64,000 bases of DNA. It comes from an uncultured Dehalococcoidales bacterium (GTDB lineage Bacteria > Chloroflexota > Dehalococcoidia > GIF9 > AB-539-J10). The notes beneath the pieces are model-generated. The model saw nothing but the letters and a program-made list of their open reading frames with translations, made no database searches and was not told the DNA's origin. How positions within the stretch are numbered: position 1 is the stretch's first letter; each line of letters opens with the position of its first letter. Both the position numbers and the translations under genes were made by a program. The stretch lies in assembly GCA_964586515.1 (NCBI GenBank), contig CAZPGJ010000004.1, positions 85,701 to 149,700 on the forward strand. The letters run 5' to 3'. Shown piece by piece: positions 8,467 to 17,431 of this stretch.

Positions 8467-11067
8467 ATGACCTTGCATAGCATACTAAAATCGAAAGTTG
8501 CGGAATGGAGAGACTCAAATTATAAAACAGAGTATCCGGTCATTTCCGAAATTCTCAACTTTAACTACGATTCCGAGACTCAAACCTTACGTTTCTTACG
8601 AAAAGCTCAATTTGAAGCCCTTGAAACTTACTGGTACTTAAGACTTATTGAAAAAACTCCGCATATTTTTGATTTATATAAAAGCCTCTTTCTACCAGAA
8701 GCCCTTTTAGATACTTTGGGTATTAAACTAACTGATGAAGATTGGAAAAAAGTCGCTATTTCTGGAGGTGGGATAGACTCAATATTTGAAAAGATAAGAA
8801 ATGACGATAACTTTGTAAGGAAATATAGACTGGAAGCTCTTAGGGAGACACTTATCTTAAGCTACCCAAGTTATATCCTGGCCTTGGCAATGGGAGCTGG
8901 CAAAACTATTTTGATTGGCACAATTATCGCTACTGAATTTGCAATGGCTCTTGAATATCCCGAGGATAACTTTCTTAAAAATGCCCTGGTATTCGCACCA
9001 GGTAAGACCATCTTAGGAGCATTAAAAGAGTTATCGGATGTCCCCTATGAAAATATATTACCTAAAAGATTTCATAAACAATTCATAACCACTGTAAAAT
9101 TTACCTATACTCGTGATGGCGAAAAAGACATTCCGATAATCAAAGGCTCAAGTTTTAATATCGTAGTAACCAATACCGAAAAGATTAGGATACAAAAACA
9201 ATCTATAACCAAATCTTTAATTAGAGATTTATTTGTTGACCCATCCAGAGAAGATGAGGTGAAGGAGGCGATAGCCAATCAGAGACTGCAAACAATTGCC
9301 TCACTTCCAAATCTTGCTATCTTTTCTGATGAAGCACACCATACCTATGGACTGGCACTCGGTGAAGAACTGAAGAGAGTGAGACAGACAGTTAATTATT
9401 TGTCAGAAAAAACAAATGTTTTAGTTGTGGTAAACACTACTGGGACCCCATATTATAAAAGGCAAATCCTTAAAGATGTTATTTATTGGTATGGTCTATC
9501 ACAAGGAATAAAAGATGGAATATTGAAAGAAGTCCGAGGCAATATTGTATCCTATCCCGAAGTAACCGATAGAGATTTCCTAAAAGATATTATTGCCGAT
9601 TTCTTCAAGAATTATAAAGATATAAAAATCTATGATGGCAGTCCTTCTAAACTGGCGATATATTTTCCCCAAATAGAGGATTTAAAGAATGCCAAACCAG
9701 TTGTTGAGAAAAACTTAATAGAACTCGGCTTAGACCCTTCTGTTATTTTAGAGGTGCATAATGAGTCAAAAGAAGCGGTTAAGGATTTGTTTGATAACCG
9801 AATAAATGACCCCCACCTACCTTATCGTATGTTTCTTCTTGTTAACAAAGGGACTGAGGGATGGAACTGCTTATCCCTTTTTTCTACCGCCTTAGCAAGA
9901 AAACTGACAGCAAGTAATAACTTTTGCCTTCAAGCCGCTTCCCGCTGCCTCAGGCAAACCCCTGGCAATATACACAAGGCAAAAATATACCTTTCCAAAG
10001 AAAATGTCGGAATTCTGGATGCCCAACTTAAAGAAACCTACGGCGAATCTCTCGAAGATTTAAATAGAACTCCACAGGATATGAGAAAGGATAGATTAAT
10101 TTTAAGAAAAGTAGAAATACCACCTGTCTCACTCAAAAAGAAGATTCAAAAAGTCCTGCCCAAAGAATTGCTGTTAGATATTAATGAAATAGCGTTTAAG
10201 AAGATTGAGGGAGAAAAAGAGAAGTTTAGAAAGACCATTCATAGCCTTGATGAAATTCCTCAGAGGAAGGGAGTCTTAATTTTTGTAAGAGAAGAGGAGA
10301 TAGAAATTATTGAAGATTTTGTGGATAGTTATACCTTTGCTGTGGAACTATCAAGTCTTTACCGCCTACCCCTTATGTTGATATATGACAAATTAAAAGA
10401 GTTGTATCCTCAAGGCGAAATCCCTGAAAGTGAGGCGATTGAACTTAAAGGGCAAATAGAAGAGAAGGTAAGAAACTACGAGGTAAAAGAGGAAGAGGTA
10501 GAAGTTGCTCTGGCTCTTATAAGACCTGAAGGTTTCAATAAGGAAGAAAAAGACGGCAAGAGCATATATGTAACCGAGATAGTCTATCATAAAGACAAGC
10601 AGAAATACCTATTAAAGTGGGAGGAGTTTAAGACTAAATTCAAGAGAGACTTCGGCTTCCACTATAATCCCTATAAATTTGATTCTTCTCCTGAGAAGGA
10701 TTTTTTTACTGGGCTACTTGGGATTTTGAACGAAGACCCGGCAGATATTGAAGACATCTATTATACCGGTGGCATGGATGACCCAAGCAAGACGGAATTT
10801 CTCTTTGAGTATAGAGGCAAGGATGGCAGGTATCATAACTATTCCCCTGATTTTCTGATAAGAAGGAAAAATGGAAAAGTGATAATCGTGGAGGTAAAAG
10901 CGGAACGCTTCAAAGAGGAAGAGAAGGAAAAGGAGATGAGAAGGATTGAAGGACTAAATCCTGATAGATTGAAGTATGAAATTCTAGAGACCAAAGGGGA
11001 ACAACTAACTTTTGAGAATTGGGGTAAAGTTAGAGAAGCGATATATGCGTACGGAAAGAAAAAATGA
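8467..11067 (+). CDS. res: Type III restriction enzyme Res-like subunit (SF2 helicase + C-terminal PD-(D/E)xK endonuclease)
   Basis: 866 aa; Walker A LAMGAGKT, DEAH box (FSDEAHH), TGTP, QAASRCLRQ motif VI; C-terminal YSPDFLI...VIIVEVKAERF nuclease motif; AT-rich codon usage. Confidence 0.75.
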   Translation: MTLHSILKSKVAEWRDSNYKTEYPVISEILNFNYDSETQTLRFLRKAQFEALETYWYLRLIEKTPHIFDLYKSLFLPEALLDTLGIKLTDEDWKKVAISGGGIDSIFEKIRNDDNFVRKYRLEALRETLILSYPSYILALAMGAGKTILIGTIIATEFAMALEYPEDNFLKNALVFAPGKTILGALKELSDVPYENILPKRFHKQFITTVKFTYTRDGEKDIPIIKGSSFNIVVTNTEKIRIQKQSITKSLIRDLFVDPSREDEVKEAIANQRLQTIASLPNLAIFSDEAHHTYGLALGEELKRVRQTVNYLSEKTNVLVVVNTTGTPYYKRQILKDVIYWYGLSQGIKDGILKEVRGNIVSYPEVTDRDFLKDIIADFFKNYKDIKIYDGSPSKLAIYFPQIEDLKNAKPVVEKNLIELGLDPSVILEVHNESKEAVKDLFDNRINDPHLPYRMFLLVNKGTEGWNCLSLFSTALARKLTASNNFCLQAASRCLRQTPGNIHKAKIYLSKENVGILDAQLKETYGESLEDLNRTPQDMRKDRLILRKVEIPPVSLKKKIQKVLPKELLLDINEIAFKKIEGEKEKFRKTIHSLDEIPQRKGVLIFVREEEIEIIEDFVDSYTFAVELSSLYRLPLMLIYDKLKELYPQGEIPESEAIELKGQIEEKVRNYEVKEEEVEVALALIRPEGFNKEEKDGKSIYVTEIVYHKDKQKYLLKWEEFKTKFKRDFGFHYNPYKFDSSPEKDFFTGLLGILNEDPADIEDIYYTGGMDDPSKTEFLFEYRGKDGRYHNYSPDFLIRRKNGKVIIVEVKAERFKEEEKEKEMRRIEGLNPDRLKYEILETKGEQLTFENWGKVREAIYAYGKKK

Positions 11068-11074
11068 AGATTAA

Positions 11075-12733
11075 ATGAAGATTAAAGGAATCACTCTGCA
11101 TAACTTTAGATCAATTAAGGAGCAAATATTTAACCTTAATGACTATTCCTTATTAATAGGAGCAAACAATTCAGGAAAAACAAATATAATTGACGCTTTG
11201 AGGATTTTCTACGAGAAAGAAAAATCCGATAAAGAAGACTTCCCTAAACTTGAGACTGGTGACCAGGAAAGCTGGATTGAAATCGAGTTCCATCTAACTG
11301 ATGATGAATTAGCAAATTTGAGAGATGACTATAAACAACCTAATAATACGCTGCAAGCAAGAAAGTATTTGAAGTCTTCACAACCAAACAGAGTAAAGTC
11401 TAATCAAAGTAACATTTATGGGTATGAAGGAGGTAATCTTTCAAACAATCTTTTCTATGGTGCTAAAAACATTTCAGAGGCAAAGTTAGGGGATGTGGTT
11501 TATATTCCGGAAGTCGCTAAGGTAGATGAATATACCAAATTGAGCGGTCCCTCTGCTTTTAGAGATTCCCTAAATTTTGTGGTAAAGAAAGTTGTAAAGA
11601 ACAGCCCATCTTTTGAATCTTTGAGTGAATCATTCACAGATTTCAATGAGAAATTTAGAACCGAGGTTTCTAAAGACGGTACTTCAATACAAAATTTCAT
11701 TGATGATGTTAATAAAGAAATTAAAGACTGGGATGTATCTTTTGGTGTAGAAATTAATCAGATTAAACCAGAGGAAATAATAAAGAATTTAGTAAGTCAT
11801 TATTTGGAAGATAAAAATTTAGAGGATCAAAAATTAGATGCAAGTTCTTTTGGACAGGGACTTCAAAGGCATCTAATCTATACTCTGATAAAGTTATCTG
11901 CTAAGTACAAGGATATTCCAATAAAGAAAGAAAGAAAAGAGTTCGCCCCTGATTTCACCCTAATTCTTTTTGAAGAACCTGAGGCATTTCTACATCCTGC
12001 CCAACAAGAGATTTTAAATTTGAGCCTAAGAGAACTTTCATCGGGAAATACTCAACAAGTTTTAATTTCTACGCACTCTCCGCTTTTTGTGAGTAAAAAT
12101 GTAGAAGATATCCCATCTATTTTGAAACTTACGAAAGATAAGGCTGAAACAATAATTCACCAAATAGACAAGGATAGTTTACAAGAAATTTTAAAAGAGA
12201 ATAAGAAGTTAAAAGAGATTTTGGGGGACGAAATAACCGATAAAGATATGGAGGAAGAATCTATTCGCTACTCATTATGGCTAGATTCTGAAAGATGTTC
12301 AGCTTTTTTTGCTGATACTGTCCTTATATGTGAAGGAGCTACTGAAAAAACTTTGATAGACTATCTAGTAAAGAACAATAGAATAAACCTTCAGAATAAG
12401 CAAGCCTACATCCTAGATGCAATGGGAAAGTATAACATCCATAGATATATGAATTTATTTAGTAATCTTGGTATTAAACATTCAATTTTGTTTGATGGCG
12501 GTAACGACAAAGACAGGAATAAAAAGATAAATGAGTTTATAGAAAGCAATAAAAATAAATATACTTTAAAGTTACACTCATTTGAGGGTGAATTAGAGGA
12601 CTTTTTAGAAATTGATAAGGTAAATGATAGATACAAAAAACCTTTAAATGTAATGTGGCATTACAAGAAAAACAAAATAAAACAAGAAAAAATTGATGGA
12701 TTGATGAAGATAATCGAAGACTTAATGGAGTAG
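11075..12733 (+). CDS. OLD-family ATP-dependent endonuclease (ABC-type ATPase + TOPRIM), PARIS/Old-like
   Basis: 552 aa; Walker A GANNSGKTN, Walker B LILFEEPEAFLHP, H-loop LISTHSP; C-terminal TOPRIM VLICEGATEKTLIDYL ... LFDGGNDKD; 7 bp after res stop and 14 bp before mod start. Confidence 0.8.
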   Translation: MKIKGITLHNFRSIKEQIFNLNDYSLLIGANNSGKTNIIDALRIFYEKEKSDKEDFPKLETGDQESWIEIEFHLTDDELANLRDDYKQPNNTLQARKYLKSSQPNRVKSNQSNIYGYEGGNLSNNLFYGAKNISEAKLGDVVYIPEVAKVDEYTKLSGPSAFRDSLNFVVKKVVKNSPSFESLSESFTDFNEKFRTEVSKDGTSIQNFIDDVNKEIKDWDVSFGVEINQIKPEEIIKNLVSHYLEDKNLEDQKLDASSFGQGLQRHLIYTLIKLSAKYKDIPIKKERKEFAPDFTLILFEEPEAFLHPAQQEILNLSLRELSSGNTQQVLISTHSPLFVSKNVEDIPSILKLTKDKAETIIHQIDKDSLQEILKENKKLKEILGDEITDKDMEEESIRYSLWLDSERCSAFFADTVLICEGATEKTLIDYLVKNNRINLQNKQAYILDAMGKYNIHRYMNLFSNLGIKHSILFDGGNDKDRNKKINEFIESNKNKYTLKLHSFEGELEDFLEIDKVNDRYKKPLNVMWHYKKNKIKQEKIDGLMKIIEDLME

Positions 12734-12747
12734 GAAAAGGTTGAATT

Positions 12748-14568
12748 ATGAAAGAAGAGAATAAAATTAAGATAACGCCAGCTAAAGGACGCCCAATGCT
12801 TCACTGGGTAGGTAAAAAGCCTTTGGATTATATCAAAGGCTTTCCTGCTCAGTTGGTAGAAGTCTTTGACCCGTTGAATAGTGGGCAAAGAATTGAAACG
12901 CCAACTTATGATGAATTAAAGGATAACTGGCAAAATCTACTCTTTCACGGAGACAATAAAGATGTTTTAGCCACGCTTCTGGAATTAGGATTTAGAGGGA
13001 AGATTGATTTGATTTATATCGACCCGCCATTTATGAGTGGGGCGGACTATGTAAGAAAGGTTCAGTTGAGAGGAATGAAGAAGCCGGAGACCCTAGAAGT
13101 TGATGAGGTATCGCTACTTCAACAAGTTATGTACGAGGACATATGGAACAACGATAGTTACCTACAGTTCATGTATGAGAGACTAATGCTAATGAAAGAA
13201 CTTCTATCTGAAGCAGGAAGTATCTACATTCATTTAGATTGGCATGTTGGACATTACGTGAAATTAGTTATGGACGAGATTTTTGGACGGGAGAATTTCA
13301 GGAATGAAATTGTGTGGAATAAGGGCTTTAGAGGCACAGAATCAAAAAACATTTACCAGCATGCTCATGATGTCATTTTTTGGTATTCCAAAGGCGAAGG
13401 CTACATTTGGAATCAGGTAGGACAACCATACAGAGATGAAGATTTAAAGCGTTACAACAAGGTGGATGAATATGGGAAAAGATACGCATTGATAAAAAGA
13501 AGGAAAACCGATGGCACAATTTATTATGGGAAGACTTATCCCAAAGAAGAGGGCAAAAGAATTGACGATGTTATAAGTCATGTAGCGATCATGGCATCTA
13601 CCGCTACAGAGCGTACAGGCTTCGAGACCCAGAAACCTACCGATTTATTGGAGATTTTCATCGCTACCTCTTGTCGCTCTAATAGCCTTGTCCTTGATTG
13701 CTTCATCGGCTCAGGAACTTCTGCTAGTGTTGCCCAAAAACTTGGCAGGCGATGGATTGGTTGCGATATAAATAAAGGCGCAATCCAGATGACAAGCAAA
13801 ATAGTGCAAAAGATAATCCTTGAACAGGTCAAGAAAGGAGAGACAAAATATCCTACATTTGCTATTTACAAGGTCAATGATTATGATTTGCAACTTTTAA
13901 AAACCGAGGCAATTGAACTTGCCGTCCAGCATATTGGTATTCAAAGGATAAGAACTGATACATTTTTTGATGGATACCTAGGGAAAAACTTAGTAAAAAT
14001 TATTGACTTCAATCATCCATTAACACTTTTAGATTTACAACTCCTTCAGGACGAATTAAAGAAAAGACCAGATGAAGATAGAGATATAACCATCGTCTGT
14101 CTTGGTAAGGAATTAGCCATTGACCCTTGGATTGATGAGTGGAATAAGAAACATCCGGTAAATAAGATTAAGGTAATTGAGTTAAAGACAGATAAAAAAT
14201 ACGGCAGTTTCTTAATCCACAAACCAGCGGAGGCAAAGATAGAGATTCTTCGCTCTGCTCAGAATGACAGAGTGGCAGTAGTAACTATACAGGATTTCAT
14301 CTCTCCAACGATAATTGAGCGTCTTAACATTGATAATAAACTCTTCAAAGTAAAAATCCCTGATTTTAGATGTATGATTGATACAGTTTTGATTGACAAT
14401 AATTACGATGGCAAAACCTTCCATATTGTCTATTCAGATGTCCCAGAAAGAAAAGATGACTTAGTCAAAGGAAAATATGAAATCAAAATTCCAAAGTCAA
14501 AAACAAAAGTCGCAGCAAAAATCATTGACATGCTTGGAGAAGAGGTTATAAATGTCTTTGAGGCATAA
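12748..14568 (+). CDS. mod: beta-class N6-adenine/N4-cytosine DNA methyltransferase (Type III Mod-like)
   Basis: 606 aa; motif IV LIYIDPPF precedes motif I FIGSGTSA (beta-class order); about 220 aa putative TRD between them; long C-terminal extension. Confidence 0.8.
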   Translation: MKEENKIKITPAKGRPMLHWVGKKPLDYIKGFPAQLVEVFDPLNSGQRIETPTYDELKDNWQNLLFHGDNKDVLATLLELGFRGKIDLIYIDPPFMSGADYVRKVQLRGMKKPETLEVDEVSLLQQVMYEDIWNNDSYLQFMYERLMLMKELLSEAGSIYIHLDWHVGHYVKLVMDEIFGRENFRNEIVWNKGFRGTESKNIYQHAHDVIFWYSKGEGYIWNQVGQPYRDEDLKRYNKVDEYGKRYALIKRRKTDGTIYYGKTYPKEEGKRIDDVISHVAIMASTATERTGFETQKPTDLLEIFIATSCRSNSLVLDCFIGSGTSASVAQKLGRRWIGCDINKGAIQMTSKIVQKIILEQVKKGETKYPTFAIYKVNDYDLQLLKTEAIELAVQHIGIQRIRTDTFFDGYLGKNLVKIIDFNHPLTLLDLQLLQDELKKRPDEDRDITIVCLGKELAIDPWIDEWNKKHPVNKIKVIELKTDKKYGSFLIHKPAEAKIEILRSAQNDRVAVVTIQDFISPTIIERLNIDNKLFKVKIPDFRCMIDTVLIDNNYDGKTFHIVYSDVPERKDDLVKGKYEIKIPKSKTKVAAKIIDMLGEEVINVFEA

Positions 14569-14649
14569 AAGTGAAAAAACGACCCACTTCATGTAACATA
14601 GCATAAAGGCTCGCTCTCGCTCATCCAAATTTTTGCTTCGCAAAAACTT

Positions 14650-14835
14650 CCTTTAACTGTTGCGACACGTGAGATTGATGGGCTGGTTTAATGGGACCTG
14701 TCTTGAAGAATTTGTGGAAGCAATGAAATGAGGATGGGCGCTCGTGATGCTTATAGACGGTGGGGCGAAGTCGGGGAGCGGGACAATAGTTCGCTATTCT
14801 ATCGCGCTGGCCAGCCTGCTGGGCAAGGGAATAAA
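14650..14835 (+). pseudogene. degenerate duplicate of hicB 3' end + hicA 3' end + rtcA 5' end (33 codons then stop)
   Basis: Near-identical DNA to 15182-15225 and 15415-15545; the rtcA-like fragment encodes VMLIDGGAKSGSGTIVRYSIALASLLGKGINS*. Confidence 0.7.
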
Positions 14836-15016
14836 CTCGTAGTTGGCATTCGAATTTCAGCAATGATAGAATTCATAAGCTGGGGAGCTAAAGGGGAGGA
14901 ATATAAGGAGTTTCTAGAAGGTATACACGGCCTGGCAATTATTGCTGAACGTCGAGATCAGCCTACTATAGCCTTTGAGGAACTCAAAAAGAAGAGAAGG
15001 CAGGAGGGAATGAGCT

Positions 15017-15223
15017 ATGAAGTTCATCATAACAATTGAACAGGATGAAGATGGCGTATTCGTTGTCGAATGTCCAAGTATTCCAGGGTGCGTAAGTCAA
15101 GGTAAAACGGAGCAAGAAGCCTTAGAAAATATTGAAGATGCTATTAAGCAGTGTTTGGAGGTACGAGCAGAGAAAGGAATGCCTTTAACTGTTATGACAC
15201 GTGAGATTGAGATTCTGGTTTAA
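15017..15223 (+). CDS. hicB: HicB-family antitoxin
   Basis: 68 aa UPF0150/HicB-like (FVVECPSIPGCVSQGKTEQEALENIEDAI); immediately upstream of hicA with overlapping stop/start. Confidence 0.7.
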   Translation: MKFIITIEQDEDGVFVVECPSIPGCVSQGKTEQEALENIEDAIKQCLEVRAEKGMPLTVMTREIEILV

Positions 15224-15444
15224 TGAAACTCCCTCTTCTCAGTGGACGTGAGGTAACGAAGATTTTTGGAAGGCTGGGCTGGGAGATAGCGCGCCAGAAA
15301 GGGAGTCACATTATTTTGGTAAAAGAGGGTCACATTGCAACATTGTCTATTCCTGATCACAAAGAGGTTGCGAGAGGAACGTTAAGGAAACTAATCACCC
15401 GTGCTGGTATAACCGTCGAAGAGTTTGTGGAAGCAATGAAATGA
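15223..15444 (+). CDS. hicA: HicA-family mRNA interferase toxin
   Basis: 73 aa; SGREVTKIFGRLGWEIARQKGSHIIL matches the HicA/YcfA signature. Confidence 0.8.
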   Translation: MKLPLLSGREVTKIFGRLGWEIARQKGSHIILVKEGHIATLSIPDHKEVARGTLRKLITRAGITVEEFVEAMK

Positions 15445-15456
15445 GGGTGGGCGCTC

Positions 15457-16491
15457 GTGATGCTTATAGATGGTGGGGCGAAGTCGGGGAGCGGGACAAT
15501 AGTCCGTTATTCAATGGCGCTGGCCAGCCTGCTGGGTAGGGAAATAAGGATAGAGAACATCAGGGCTGGGAGGGATAAGCCAGGGCTGAGGGCACAGCAT
15601 CTCAAAGTAGTGCAAGCGTGCCAGGAGATGTGCCACGCGGTGGTGCAAAACGCTGCGGTGGGCTCTAATGAGATTACCTACACACCCGGAGAAAGGTTCA
15701 ACGGAGGAGAGTATAGCTGGGACATAGGGACGGCGGGCTCAACCACCATGATGGCCCAGACGCTTTTGCCTCTCGCGTGCTTTGCCCGAAAGCCCTCCAA
15801 ATTCAGGCTGGAAGGTGGGCTGTTTCAGGATTTTGCCCCCTCTGCTTATCACACGAAGTTTGTTCTGCTTCCGCTTCTAAAGCAGATGGGTGTCCGGGCT
15901 GAACTTGACATAATTCGCCCCGGCTATGTGCCCAGAGGCGGTGGAATTATAGAAGTTAGAGTCGAGCCGGCCGGGAAACTGAAGCCACTAAATCTTACTG
16001 AGCAGGGGGAGATTTTCAATATCAAGGGCATAGCGCTTTCCTCGCGTTTGAAAGAAAAGAGAGTAAGTCAGAGGATGGCTGAGGAATGCCAGAGGGTATT
16101 AAGCTCTTATGGGTATAAAGCGGAAATTGAGGAAATCGAAGACGAAAGCTCCCTCCAAGAAGGAGCAGCCCTGGCGATATATGGCGAGACGAGCCTGGGT
16201 AACCGGATAGGTTCCGACAGGGCCGGGAGGCCAGGCAGAAGCTCGGAATCCATAGGAAGATATGTGGCGGAGAGGTTTATAGAGGATGTTAAAATTGGCG
16301 CCGCAGTTGATAGATATATCGCAGACCAGCTCATAATCTATGCTGGCTTAGCCGAGGGGGTCACCAGGTATTCAGTCCCGCGCATTACTGAACATGTGGA
16401 GACAAACCTATGGCTTATCGAGGAATTTCTGGGTGCCAGAACAAAAATTAGTGGCAATCTCCTGGAGATAGAGGGGATTGGCTTTGCCTGA
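15457..16491 (+). CDS. rtcA: RNA 3'-terminal phosphate cyclase
   Basis: 344 aa; N-terminal IDGGAKSGSGTIVRYSMALASLLG and overall RtcA architecture. Confidence 0.85.
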   Translation: MMLIDGGAKSGSGTIVRYSMALASLLGREIRIENIRAGRDKPGLRAQHLKVVQACQEMCHAVVQNAAVGSNEITYTPGERFNGGEYSWDIGTAGSTTMMAQTLLPLACFARKPSKFRLEGGLFQDFAPSAYHTKFVLLPLLKQMGVRAELDIIRPGYVPRGGGIIEVRVEPAGKLKPLNLTEQGEIFNIKGIALSSRLKEKRVSQRMAEECQRVLSSYGYKAEIEEIEDESSLQEGAALAIYGETSLGNRIGSDRAGRPGRSSESIGRYVAERFIEDVKIGAAVDRYIADQLIIYAGLAEGVTRYSVPRITEHVETNLWLIEEFLGARTKISGNLLEIEGIGFA

Positions 16492-16559
16492 AGGCTATCC
16501 GTGATGGATTTGGCAAAAAAGCTGAATTTTGTCACAATAACAGTGATTTCGGGTAAATA

Positions 16560-17387
16560 ATGGAGGACTTAATCAAGCGAGCGGCCAAGGATTTGGCGGA
16601 AAGCAAACATGCCATTGCCTTAACCGGGGCCGGCATATCCACTGAATCGGGCATAGCTGATTTCAGGGGGCCAAAGGGCATCTGGACCACGAATAAAGAG
16701 GCTGAGGCTAAGGCTTATGAAAGATATGAGCTTTTCCTGAATGCCCCCAGGACATACTGGGAGGAAATGGTGGGGTTGCGGGGGACATACGGTACGTTTC
16801 ACGGACAAATCAGGGAGGCTCAGCCAAATCCCGGTCACTATGCTCTGGCTGAGCTCGAAGCTCTGGGGATACTGAAGTGCGTGATTACGCAAAACATTGA
16901 TGGCCTACATAAAAAGGCGGGGAATAAGCGGGTGTTGGAATATCACGGCAGTGTCAATGCGCTGAGGTGTATTTCTTGCGGCTCAAGGTTTGCCTGGGAG
17001 GAAGTCTCCCTGGACGAGCTTCCGCCTCGCTGCAAGTGCGGCGCTGTCCTGAAGGACGATGTGGTCCACTTCAAGGAGCCAATACCTTCAGACGTCATGG
17101 AGGAGTCGGAAAAAGAAGCTTTGAGTTGTGACTTGATGCTTATCTGCGGAACATCAGCAGTGGTCTATCCTTTTGCCAATCTGCCCAGGATGGCGAGATT
17201 TCATTCGGGTGTCACGGGCTTGGATGTAATGAAGCATAAAGCTAATGTGAAGATAATAGAGGTGAATGCGGACCCTACGCCGCTCACCCAGGAAGGCATA
17301 TCAGACTATTTAATTCAGGGAAGGACAGGCGAGATATTGCCCCGGCTAGTGGAAGAGGTAAGGAAAGCACAAAAGCATCAGAGCTAG
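16560..17387 (+). CDS. cobB: NAD-dependent protein deacylase, Sir2 family
   Basis: GAGISTESGIADFRG, ITQNIDGLH, Zn Cys pairs CISCG / CKCG. Confidence 0.85.
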   Translation: MEDLIKRAAKDLAESKHAIALTGAGISTESGIADFRGPKGIWTTNKEAEAKAYERYELFLNAPRTYWEEMVGLRGTYGTFHGQIREAQPNPGHYALAELEALGILKCVITQNIDGLHKKAGNKRVLEYHGSVNALRCISCGSRFAWEEVSLDELPPRCKCGAVLKDDVVHFKEPIPSDVMEESEKEALSCDLMLICGTSAVVYPFANLPRMARFHSGVTGLDVMKHKANVKIIEVNADPTPLTQEGISDYLIQGRTGEILPRLVEEVRKAQKHQS

Positions 17388-17431
17388 TGTGCTTATTGCT
17401 AATCGAGTGAATAAGAGCTCTTCTGGAGTTC

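Noticed and set aside
10393-10590. 65-aa - strand ORF inside res
   Set aside because: It is an antisense low-complexity ORF in an AT-rich gene.
14728-15039. 103-aa + strand ORF and 80-aa - strand ORF (14621-14863)
   Set aside because: They span the frame-shifted duplicate of rtcA/hicA fragments and unique spacer. The in-frame rtcA-like remnant stops after 33 codons, so the region is treated as a pseudogene scar, not as genes.
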